NCBI GenBank assembly: GCA_964480775.1
Contig: CAYZRF010000004.1
Coordinates: 1 to 32,000 of the forward strand
From: an uncultured Nitrososphaerota archaeon
Lineage (GTDB): Archaea > Korarchaeota > Korarchaeia > Korarchaeales > Korarchaeaceae
Direction of reading: 5' to 3'
DNA: 32,000 nt
Position numbers and translations under genes: made by a program
Shown here: one piece after another, positions 12,106-20,334 of the stretch
How positions within the stretch are numbered: the stretch's first letter is position 1
Layout: each line of letters opens with the position of its first letter
Notes under the pieces: model-generated
The model's database searches: none
Told to the model about the DNA's origin: nothing
The model's input: only the letters and a program-made list of their open reading frames with translations

Positions 12106-12588
12106 ATGCCAACGAAAGTAGTTAAGGTTCTGGTTGAAGGAGGAAAGGCTACGCCTGGGCCTCCTCTTGGACCAGCAATTGGTGGGCTAGGCTTAAACAT
12201 AGGGCAGATAGTCAACGAAATCAATCAGAAGACAAAAGAATACCAAGGGATGAGGGTTCCAGTTGAAATTGAGGTTGACATAGAAACCAAAAAGTTCGAG
12301 GTCAGAGTAGGGATACCTGCGACTTCTATGCTCATCTTAAGGGAACTCAAGGTAGATAAGGGTTCTGGCCAAACGGGAACTCAGCAAATTGGAGATCTTA
12401 GCTTCGAATCAGTCGTGAAAATAGCTAAGATAAAGTTGCCAGATACGAACACAAACTCCTTAAAAAGCATGGTGAAAATGGTGCTAGGTACAGCTGTAAG
12501 CATGGGGGTTACTGTGGAGGGCAAGGATCCTAGGGAAGTCATCAAGGAAGTTGAAGAAGGAAAGTGGGATAACATGTTGGAGGGTTAA
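12106..12588 (+). CDS. rpl11: 50S ribosomal protein L11
   Basis: Contains GGKATPGPPLGPAIGGLGLNIGQIV, the L11 signature. ATG 12106 lies 8 nt after AGGTGA. The ORF track opens at TTG 12100. Confidence 0.93.
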   Translation: MPTKVVKVLVEGGKATPGPPLGPAIGGLGLNIGQIVNEINQKTKEYQGMRVPVEIEVDIETKKFEVRVGIPATSMLILRELKVDKGSGQTGTQQIGDLSFESVVKIAKIKLPDTNTNSLKSMVKMVLGTAVSMGVTVEGKDPREVIKEVEEGKWDNMLEG

Positions 12589-12591
12589 GAT

Positions 12592-13263
12592 ATGGCAGGC
12601 GAGAGTCAATTGGAAATTGCATTGAAGAAAATAGTTGAAAAGAGCCCAGAGAGGAAGTTCAACGAATCAGTGGACATGACGGTTGTATTGAAGGGTATAG
12701 ACCTTAAAAGAGATCCGAAATCAAGGTTTTCTGAAATAATTGAGCTAGCTCACCCGCCCAGAAACAAGACTTCTAGGGTAGCAGTTATAGGTACAGGAGA
12801 TTTCGCGTTAAAGGCAAAAGAAGCTGGGGCTGATGCGGTATTCGATCCTAGCGAGATAATTGGCAAGAAAAAAAAGGATCTGAAGAAGTTGGTGAATGAA
12901 TATGATTTCTTCATAGCTCAAGCCGACCTTTTACCAAAGATAGTGCCGACCATAGGTCCTGTGTTCGGACCCAGGAACAAAATGCCAATTCCCCTTCCGG
13001 TGACTAAGTCAGACGATCTTTCTAACATGATTGAACGTTTGAGAAAGTCCGTTGTGGCAAGGATGATGAAGGATCAGCCTGTTTTTCACGTAAAGATTGG
13101 TTCGAGAGATATGGATGTTAAAGAACTTCTCGAAAACGCTGAACGAGTAATAGATGCTCTAAAGAGGAAATATGGGTCGCTTGAAAGGTACCTTAAGACG
13201 ATTTACTTCAAAACAACCATGGGTCCCGCGGAGAAGGTTTCACCTGAAGGTGTAGCAAAATGA
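12592..13263 (+). CDS. rpl1: 50S ribosomal protein L1
   Basis: 223 aa. Contains RKFNESVDMTVVLKGIDLKRDP and GPRNKMP, typical of L1. Canonical L11-L1-P0 order. Confidence 0.92.
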   Translation: MAGESQLEIALKKIVEKSPERKFNESVDMTVVLKGIDLKRDPKSRFSEIIELAHPPRNKTSRVAVIGTGDFALKAKEAGADAVFDPSEIIGKKKKDLKKLVNEYDFFIAQADLLPKIVPTIGPVFGPRNKMPIPLPVTKSDDLSNMIERLRKSVVARMMKDQPVFHVKIGSRDMDVKELLENAERVIDALKRKYGSLERYLKTIYFKTTMGPAEKVSPEGVAK

Positions 13264-14117
13264 AGCTGATTAGTAAAAGGGCTGAGAAGGCTAAACAGAT
13301 AGAAAGGATAAAGAAATTGGCTCAAGAGTATCCTGTGATATTGTTTGCAGACTTTGAAAGGGTGCCAGCAAATGCGTTTCAAAAGCTGAGAAAGGATCTT
13401 GCTCCCAATACAAAGCTTGTTGTCGTGAAGAAGAAACTTGTTCCTTTAGCCTTCAAGGAATTAGATAGGCCTGGATTGCAAGGATTGCTTGATTACACTC
13501 CTAATAACTTGGTTATGGTCTTCTCCAAAGAAAGTCCCACTAAGATATACAAGCGATTGGTAGAAAACAAAATTAACGTCTTTGTTAAGCCAAACGATGT
13601 CGCTCAGAAGGATATAGTAATACCTGAAGGTCCTACTGACCTCATGCCTGGTCCAATTCTCACAGATCTAAGGGCTCTGGGAGTAAAAACGAAGATAAAA
13701 GGTAGTAAAGTTTGGATAGATGCTGAAAAGCTCTTAGTTAAAGCTGGAGAGAGAATCGAAGCTACCATAGCTGATGTCTTGCACAAGCTCGGGATAAAGG
13801 CAATGGAGGTGTACATAAGACCCTCAGCCGCCATCGATGCAGATGGTATATTATATCTGCCTGAAGTGCTTTCCATGACCTCTGACAAGGTTGAGCAGAT
13901 GATGAAAGAAGCATTCCAGAACGCATTTAAGGTAGCCATAGAGATAGGAGAAATGGATAAGAGTACAGTTGGTATTCTCGTGCAAAGGGCTTATGCGCGC
14001 GCACTTTCCCTCGCTACAGAAATCGGCTGGATCTCTCCTGATACATTACCAGAGCTATTGAAGAAGGCATACCTTCAGGCCAAATTACTTCAAGAGAAAA
14101 TTAAGAGCGCATCCTAG
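13260..14117 (+). CDS. rplP0: 50S ribosomal stalk protein P0 (L10), short form lacking the acidic C-terminal tail
   Basis: 285 aa. N-terminal L10 domain (KAKQIERIKKLAQEYPVILFADFERVPANAFQKLRKDL). Ends ...KAYLQAKLLQEKIKSAS, without an Ala/Glu/Lys linker or a GLxxLFG tail. 4-nt overlap with L1. Confidence 0.88.
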   Translation: MKLISKRAEKAKQIERIKKLAQEYPVILFADFERVPANAFQKLRKDLAPNTKLVVVKKKLVPLAFKELDRPGLQGLLDYTPNNLVMVFSKESPTKIYKRLVENKINVFVKPNDVAQKDIVIPEGPTDLMPGPILTDLRALGVKTKIKGSKVWIDAEKLLVKAGERIEATIADVLHKLGIKAMEVYIRPSAAIDADGILYLPEVLSMTSDKVEQMMKEAFQNAFKVAIEIGEMDKSTVGILVQRAYARALSLATEIGWISPDTLPELLKKAYLQAKLLQEKIKSAS

Positions 14118-14130
14118 TTTGCCTCGTTCT

Positions 14131-15669
14131 TTAACCTACACACTCCAAAATAGCTTTAGGAATGTATTTTAATAGATCTGATGCTGATAAGGAGTATCCT
14201 ACGTCTTTGCAAGCTAAGTCCCCTGCTCTACCGACAATGTAGGCTGCAACAGAGGATGTCTTTAGGGGATCTTCGTGTATTGCATAAAGTGCAGATACGG
14301 CCCCTGAAAGAACGTCTCCAGTTCCACCAACTGTCATCCCAGGATTTCCTGTTACGTTTATTTTGAACCTATTTCCAAGGGAAGCTATTACGTCTACGTG
14401 ACCCTTTAGGAGGACTGTTCCATTGAGTTGACCTGAGGCCCACAGAGCATGTTTTATCCTGTCTTCTAAAATGAGTGAGGGCTTTTTACCGAATATTTTC
14501 GAAAATTCCGATGAGTGAGGTGTTATAATTAGCTCTGGCCATCCCATCTCAGGTTTTATGAGTTTTAGGGCGTCGGCATCCAATACAACCTTTTTACGCC
14601 TTTCTTTAAGGCCTTCTAGTAGCACACTCACAGCTTCCCTAGTCTCGGGAGATCTACCTAGACCTGGTCCAATCAAAACTACGTCGCTTCTATTCGCTTC
14701 GTCTAAAACCATTGAAACGTCCTTTTTAACGAATTCTTCTCCAGAAGACAGAGAAATCGCTATAAGATCTGGACTTGTACTCTTTATTGGTATAATAGCT
14801 TCTTTAGGACCCATTATCATTACTAAATCGGCTCCACTTCTGAGAGCAGCCAAACCAGCTAAAGCAGGGGCGCCAGAATATCTTGACGACCCCCCTACAA
14901 TCAATATCCTCCCAAAATCACCCTTGTGACTCCAAGGCTCCCTTTTCTTTATGACAACCTTTACATCTCCTGGTCCAGAGACTATAAGGGCTTCAGGAGG
15001 CGCGCCTATTTTTTCTACAACTATTTTCCCACAAATATCTTCCCTAAGTCCTGATTTCATGGAGTGGAACGTAACCGTCACATTTGCCTTTACGCTGGTG
15101 CCTTCAACCTCGCCAGTAAATGGATCCAATCCAGAGGGGGTATCTATGCTTAAAACTGGGACATTCAACGCGTTTATGAATTCTATAGCGTCAGCAATTA
15201 ATCCCCTTGGAGCCCCCTTTGTGCCGGTGCCCAGAAGTGCATCTATTATCAGGTCGACCCCAGTTATCTTGGAGAGTTGATCCTTTGACCTGATGAGTTG
15301 AACATTAACTGAAAGATCACATCTTCTCATTACGTTGTAGTTGTAAAGTGCTTCTTTGGCCTTTGGTTCTCCTCCAATTAAGAAGACTTTTACGTCTGCT
15401 CCTGTGCCAACAAGGTGCCTAGCCGCAACGAGGCCATCTCCCCCATTATTACCTCGACCACAAAGCACTAGAATCCTCTTTCCTTTTGGGGAACCGAGCA
15501 TTTTCAAGGCATTTCTTGCAACAGCCGCACCAGCATTCTCCATTAATAGGAGCTTTGTTACCCCAAGCCATTCTGAGTTCTCCTCCAGTATGATGAAATC
15601 TTCCCTAGTTTTAGGCTCGATTTGAAAACTTGCTAGGCTGTTGAAATTCTCCTTTCGCAAGGAAACCAT
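14131..15669 (-). CDS. nnr: Bifunctional NAD(P)H-hydrate repair enzyme Nnr (YjeF_N epimerase plus ADP-dependent dehydratase)
   Basis: 512 aa. N-terminal half has LMENAGAAVA...CGRGNNGGDGLVAARHL. C-terminal carbohydrate-kinase-like half has KGDFGRILIVGGS...TGNPGMTVGGTGDVLSG. Confidence 0.88.
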   Translation of the reverse strand: MVSLRKENFNSLASFQIEPKTREDFIILEENSEWLGVTKLLLMENAGAAVARNALKMLGSPKGKRILVLCGRGNNGGDGLVAARHLVGTGADVKVFLIGGEPKAKEALYNYNVMRRCDLSVNVQLIRSKDQLSKITGVDLIIDALLGTGTKGAPRGLIADAIEFINALNVPVLSIDTPSGLDPFTGEVEGTSVKANVTVTFHSMKSGLREDICGKIVVEKIGAPPEALIVSGPGDVKVVIKKREPWSHKGDFGRILIVGGSSRYSGAPALAGLAALRSGADLVMIMGPKEAIIPIKSTSPDLIAISLSSGEEFVKKDVSMVLDEANRSDVVLIGPGLGRSPETREAVSVLLEGLKERRKKVVLDADALKLIKPEMGWPELIITPHSSEFSKIFGKKPSLILEDRIKHALWASGQLNGTVLLKGHVDVIASLGNRFKINVTGNPGMTVGGTGDVLSGAVSALYAIHEDPLKTSSVAAYIVGRAGDLACKDVGYSLSASDLLKYIPKAILECVG

Positions 15670-15708
15670 CCCTCTATCATAATGGGGCCTCAGGGCAGAT
15701 CAGTCCTA

Positions 15709-16266
15709 TCACAAATCAAAGCCGTCGCTAATCTTCATCGGCCCAGACTTTTCAAGCTTTACAGAATTTAAATGATTTTCCTTTTCGTCTCTCTTTCTTT
15801 TAGCTTCTATTAGGGTCCTTAACATCTTCAAGTAGTGAGAACCGAGCCAGTAAGCCTTATTACAGTTTTCACAGATGTAAATCCAGAGGTGTTTTCTTAG
15901 AACATCCTTAGGAACACCCGACACTTTATCTGAGGGTAGTTCTATCAGTTTCGCGTTGCACTCAGGGCACCTTGTTTTACTAAGGTCTATCCTTAATGGG
16001 ATGGATTCTACCTTAGATAGTAGCGCTAAAGCATCTGTTACGTTCGTCCCTGTAATATATCTAACCTTTAGACCTCTCTTCCAAGCTATCTGAAATAGAG
16101 ATTGGTCCCCAGTTATGAGGATCCTGCCTTTAGATCTGGCTACTTCCAGTAGATTCTCGTCAATATTCCCAACTTCACTCACGCTCAAAACATCGCAGCC
16201 AAGTATTCGAAGCCATTTAACAAGTTTTCCTAGCATAGCATCTACTACGAAAGCTTCCTTTCCCAT
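15709..16266 (-). CDS. Mut7-C/DUF82 (COG1656) PIN-like nuclease-domain protein with a zinc ribbon
   Basis: 185 aa. FVVDAMLGKLVKWLRILGCDV is the family-typical N-terminus. It is followed by CPECN...CENCNKAYWLGSH. Confidence 0.7.
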   Translation of the reverse strand: MGKEAFVVDAMLGKLVKWLRILGCDVLSVSEVGNIDENLLEVARSKGRILITGDQSLFQIAWKRGLKVRYITGTNVTDALALLSKVESIPLRIDLSKTRCPECNAKLIELPSDKVSGVPKDVLRKHLWIYICENCNKAYWLGSHYLKMLRTLIEAKRKRDEKENHLNSVKLEKSGPMKISDGFDL

Positions 16267-16400
16267 TTGAAAGACCCTGCGGCGATGATGAATAACGCCT
16301 TAGTAAGTCTCCACCCTCGCTATATAGAGTTTCGCTTCGAAAAACCAGTAATTTGAGTATTTTAGTCATATTTAGTTCTTAGAGTAAATATAAGAGGAGA

Positions 16401-16473
16401 TAGCCCCGCCCGGATTCGAACCGGGGTCACCGGGTCCAGAGCCCGGTGTGCTTGGCCGCTACACCACGGGGCT
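16401..16473 (-). tRNA. tRNA-Gln(CTG)
   Basis: Reverse complement: AGCCCCG TG GTGT AGCGGCCAA GCAC A CCGGG CTCTGGA CCCGG TGAC CCCGG TTCGAAT CCGGG CGGGGCT A. It has an A1:U72 first pair, a known identity feature of archaeal tRNA-Gln. No CCA is encoded. Confidence 0.9.
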
Positions 16474-16501
16474 TCTCTCTTTCATTTGAAAGAAAACCTA
16501 A

Positions 16502-17275
16502 TCATAAACCTTTCGAAGCTTCCTTTAAGACGTTAGAGATTGCCTTGATCTCGCTTTTTATGTCCTTACTTTCTTCTATTTTAGTTCCTATGACAATTAT
16601 ATTTGCTCCAGCCTTCACCCTATCTGAGATTTGCTCTTGCGTCCTCAATCCTCCGCCCACAATAATACCAAGGTTCGTGAAATTGGAGATTAGCTTGATC
16701 GTCTCCGTAGGCACGGGCTTTTCAGCCCCGCTTCCAGCTTCCAAATATATCCATCTTATACCAAGCATTTCAGCTGCAAGTGCATAGGCTAAAGCTATTT
16801 GGGGCTTTTTCCTAGGTATAGGATTCACCCATCCAACCCAGCCAGCGGCAGTAGTGTGTCCTGGCTCAAAAATCAAATAAGCTGTTGGTATTGGCTCTAT
16901 TCCCAGCTTCTTGATTTTGGGGGCTGCTAATGCTTGAGCTTGAATGATCCAATAGGGATTGCCAGAGTTCAGAAGAGACATGAATAGGATGGCATCGGCG
17001 CCAGGAGCTACTCCATCGATATTTCCTGGGAACAGAACGACTGGAATAGAGATCTCTGATTTTATCATCAATATCGTTTTCTCTAGGTTAACCCCCGCCC
17101 CTATAGAGCCGCCAACCAAAATCAGGTCAGCGCCTCCTTTTTCCAAATCGGATGCTATTCTACCCAAATCACCAGCGTTAACATTAGCTGGATCCAAGAG
17201 GACTGCTAGCAAGGCTCTCTCGGAACCCTTCTCCCTCAAGTATCTTTCAACATCCTTCATGCAAATCATCCTCAA
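16502..17275 (-). CDS. Geranylgeranylglyceryl phosphate synthase (PcrB/GGGPS family)
   Basis: 257 aa TIM-barrel protein. Contains LLDPANV..., GGADLILVGGS, IYLEAGSGA and IIVGGGLRT, typical GGGPS motifs. Confidence 0.85.
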   Translation of the reverse strand: MRMICMKDVERYLREKGSERALLAVLLDPANVNAGDLGRIASDLEKGGADLILVGGSIGAGVNLEKTILMIKSEISIPVVLFPGNIDGVAPGADAILFMSLLNSGNPYWIIQAQALAAPKIKKLGIEPIPTAYLIFEPGHTTAAGWVGWVNPIPRKKPQIALAYALAAEMLGIRWIYLEAGSGAEKPVPTETIKLISNFTNLGIIVGGGLRTQEQISDRVKAGANIIVIGTKIEESKDIKSEIKAISNVLKEASKGL

Positions 17276-17320
17276 TTTCCTATCGATATTTTTAATGAAT
17301 TCGCCTTAGATTCCTTTGAA

Positions 17321-17860
17321 ATGAGAGAAAGCATCAGGCTTTTGGCTGTGGACGACTCGCCTTTTAACAGAAATTACGACGAAAGTACCTATCTAATAGG
17401 CTTAACATTTAGAGGGATGACTTTAGAGAGAGCTGATAAGGTTCTCATAACGGTTGACGGCGAAGACGCACAAAGAGGAATCATTAAGCTATACGAGCTT
17501 GGAGGTAGGGAAGCTCAAATAGTACTCTTGCATGGGACAACTTTTGGCGGATTTAACATAGTTAACATTACCTCACTATGGAAACAGATTGGAGTACCTG
17601 TTATCGCTTTCTTAGAGAAGCCTCTACGTGAAGATGTTGTAATAAGGACTCTTGAGAAACTATTCCCCACGAAAATTCACATTTTTCTATCGAATCCTGG
17701 TTTTGAGGAGTTAAATACCCCCAAAGGAGTTCTTTATTGCGCTCACGTAGGTATTCCCGAGGAGGAGATACGTGAGTTAATTTCTAGATATTCTATTGAA
17801 TCTAAACTTCCAGAGCCTTTGCGCGTAGCTCACATAATTGCAGCCCTGCTAAGTGGATAG
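17321..17860 (+). CDS. UPF0215/DUF99 family protein
   Basis: 179 aa. The N-terminal LAVDDSPF motif and overall length match the archaeal DUF99 family. Function not assignable from sequence. Confidence 0.65.
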   Translation: MRESIRLLAVDDSPFNRNYDESTYLIGLTFRGMTLERADKVLITVDGEDAQRGIIKLYELGGREAQIVLLHGTTFGGFNIVNITSLWKQIGVPVIAFLEKPLREDVVIRTLEKLFPTKIHIFLSNPGFEELNTPKGVLYCAHVGIPEEEIRELISRYSIESKLPEPLRVAHIIAALLSG

Positions 17861-17874
17861 TAAGCTGGTAAGAA

Positions 17875-20334
17875 GTGGGTAAAGAGCATTCTAATGCTAT
17901 TGGACAGTTCCCTTTATCCAATTATTTTTTAGCAACATACAACACTGAGCTAAGGATTGGATCATGTTTGGAATCATTTGTGGGGGGTGTCACTATACCA
18001 TCTCATAAGCCGAAGCTAAAGGAGAAACACTGGAGCCCTGAAATGGAATTAGAGATTCAGAAAATCTGGGAAGAAGAGAAGCTCTTTAAATTCAACGTAG
18101 ACTCGCCCAAGCCTAAGTTCTCGATAGACACGCCTCCTCCCTATGCTAGCGGTAAATGGCATATGGGAGCGGCTATTCACTACTCGCAAATAGATATGAT
18201 TGCTAGAACAATGAGAATGAAAGGTTATGAGACTTTCTTTCCCTTTGGAATTGATAGGAATGGGTTGCCGGTTGAGGTTCAGGCTGAGAAACACTATGGC
18301 GTGAACATGTTCGACGTGCCCAGGGAAAAGTTCATAGATATGTGTAAGAACTTTCTTGATCAAGCGGAAAACGACATACTCTCCATTGCTAAGAGATTAG
18401 GTCTAAGCGCTGATTTCGACAACGTTTATAGAACCGATAGCGATCTTTGGAGGGCTGTAACTCAAAAAACATTCATAGATGCCTGGAAAGCTGGGCTAGT
18501 ATATGAGGATTACAAGCCCAACAACTACTGTCCGAGATGTAGGACTACATTAGCTGATGCTGAGGTAGAGTATGAAGAGAGGGAGACGACGCTAGTTTAC
18601 CTCAAGTTCCACTTAGAAGACGGAAAAGAACTCATAATTGCCACAACCCGGCCTGAACTATTGCCTGCATGTGAAGCTGTGATCTTCAACCCAAGTGATG
18701 AAAGGTACGCTACTTTGGAAGGAAAGTACGCAATCACTCCCTTAGGAAAGAAGGTACCAATTCACAAACACCATTATGCTAAGCCAGAATTTGGTACGGG
18801 GCTTGTAATGGTTTGCTCTTATGGAGATAGAGCTGATGTTGAAGTATTTAGGGATTTAGGGTTGCGTCCTACGGTTATAATAGATGAAAATGGGAGAATG
18901 ACTGAAAAGGCTGGAAAATACAAGGGGATGACAGTTCAAGAGGCAAAAGAAGCCATGACAAAGGATTTAGAGGAGACGGGTTTCGTTGTAAAGAAAGAAA
19001 GGATAGTTCAAAGGGCTCCTAAGTGTTGGCGCTGTGGCACAACGATTGAGATCATAGCTATGAAAGAGTACTACCTAAAACAGAAGGAATTCGCTGAAGA
19101 AATAAGAAAATTGACTGAGAAAATGAATTTCCACCCTGACTGGTCCGTCCAGTACCTCGAGAATTGGATTGACTCAATAAAGACTGATTGGCCGATCTCG
19201 CGCAGAAGATATTATGGCACAGAGGTGCCGATATGGTACTGCAAATCCTGTGGAAAGCCCGTTTTGCCTCCAGGCGGAAAGTACTATAGACCTTGGAAGG
19301 AAGATCCTCCATTCGAAAAATGTCCTCATTGCGGATCCAATGAAGGTTTTGAAGGCGAAAAAAGGGTATTCGACACTTGGATGGATTCCAGCATATCCCC
19401 CCTAGTGTACAATGGATATGGGTGGGATGCCTCTCTATTTGAGAAACTAGGGTCTTCTTCCTTGAGGCCTCAAGGAAAGGACATAGTTAGAACATGGCTC
19501 TTCTATACGCTTCTAAGGGTATATCAGATTCTAAAGGCGCCTGCCTTCGAACACGTCTGGCTCTCAGGTCTAGGTCTAGATCCCACTGGACGTGCCATGC
19601 ACAGACACTTAGGAAACGTGATTTACCCATGGCCATTCTTGGAAAAGTACGGAGCAGATGCCGTGAGAATATTCGGTGCTATGGAGGCCCATCACGGTTC
19701 AGACTACAGGATAAGCGAGGATAGAGTGGAAGGTGCTTTCAAATTCCTGCAAAAGCTTTGGAATGTAGCAAGATTCATTTCAACATTTCCTGTCCCAGAA
19801 AAACAGCCATCCCTAATACCAACCGACTTATGGATCCTAGGAGAAGCCAATAATTTGATAAAGGTTGCAAGGAGGGGTTACGATCAATTTGACTTCTTTG
19901 ATCCAGCAGTAAGCATTAGGCATTTTGTATGGGAGATCTTTGCCCCCCATTATCTTGAGATGGTAAAACATAGAGCTTATGGTGGAGATGTTTCGGAGGA
20001 ACTACAGCTTTCTGCTTGGTGGACATTGCACCAAGTTCTTCAGATAATCCTTAGGCTAGCAGCTCCGATAATACCTCACATCACCGATTTTATTTGGCGG
20101 AAGATCTATGGAGGGAGTGTCCACAACCAACTCTTCCCAGAACCCAACCCAGAGTGGGAAACCGAGTACGTAAAGTATGGAGAGTCCATCATGAGCTTCA
20201 ACAGCCGCATATGGAAGGAGAAAAAGGTCAAGAATCTTCCCTTGACTGCACCGATAAGCGCACAGATTCCTCATGAGCTGTCTCCTTTCAAAGATGACCT
20301 CATTAAGCTTCACAACATCGTCATGAGCGGTTAA
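17875..20334 (+). CDS. valS: Valyl-tRNA synthetase-like class Ia aminoacyl-tRNA synthetase. The true start is probably internal, at TTG 17968 or GTG 17980.
   Basis: ValRS-type blocks: ATTRPELLPACEAV (TTRPET), FNPSDERY, PEFGTGLVMVCSYGDRADVE, CWRCGTTIE, DWPISRRRYYGTEVPIW, RVFDTWMDSS, RPQGKDIVRTWLFYT, YGADAVR. The signature motifs are altered: HMGA at 18160-18171 and AMHRH at 19594-19608. A TATA-like AATTATTTTTTA lies at ~17920-17932. Confidence 0.75.
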   Translation: MGKEHSNAIGQFPLSNYFLATYNTELRIGSCLESFVGGVTIPSHKPKLKEKHWSPEMELEIQKIWEEEKLFKFNVDSPKPKFSIDTPPPYASGKWHMGAAIHYSQIDMIARTMRMKGYETFFPFGIDRNGLPVEVQAEKHYGVNMFDVPREKFIDMCKNFLDQAENDILSIAKRLGLSADFDNVYRTDSDLWRAVTQKTFIDAWKAGLVYEDYKPNNYCPRCRTTLADAEVEYEERETTLVYLKFHLEDGKELIIATTRPELLPACEAVIFNPSDERYATLEGKYAITPLGKKVPIHKHHYAKPEFGTGLVMVCSYGDRADVEVFRDLGLRPTVIIDENGRMTEKAGKYKGMTVQEAKEAMTKDLEETGFVVKKERIVQRAPKCWRCGTTIEIIAMKEYYLKQKEFAEEIRKLTEKMNFHPDWSVQYLENWIDSIKTDWPISRRRYYGTEVPIWYCKSCGKPVLPPGGKYYRPWKEDPPFEKCPHCGSNEGFEGEKRVFDTWMDSSISPLVYNGYGWDASLFEKLGSSSLRPQGKDIVRTWLFYTLLRVYQILKAPAFEHVWLSGLGLDPTGRAMHRHLGNVIYPWPFLEKYGADAVRIFGAMEAHHGSDYRISEDRVEGAFKFLQKLWNVARFISTFPVPEKQPSLIPTDLWILGEANNLIKVARRGYDQFDFFDPAVSIRHFVWEIFAPHYLEMVKHRAYGGDVSEELQLSAWWTLHQVLQIILRLAAPIIPHITDFIWRKIYGGSVHNQLFPEPNPEWETEYVKYGESIMSFNSRIWKEKKVKNLPLTAPISAQIPHELSPFKDDLIKLHNIVMSG

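Noticed and set aside
16284-16291. GATGATGA (C-box-like) in the 134-nt gap between the Mut7-C gene and tRNA-Gln; possible C/D box sRNA
   Set aside because: No CTGA D or D' box and no second C' box occur within the next ~70 nt on that strand. The reverse strand has no C box and there are no terminal complementary ends.
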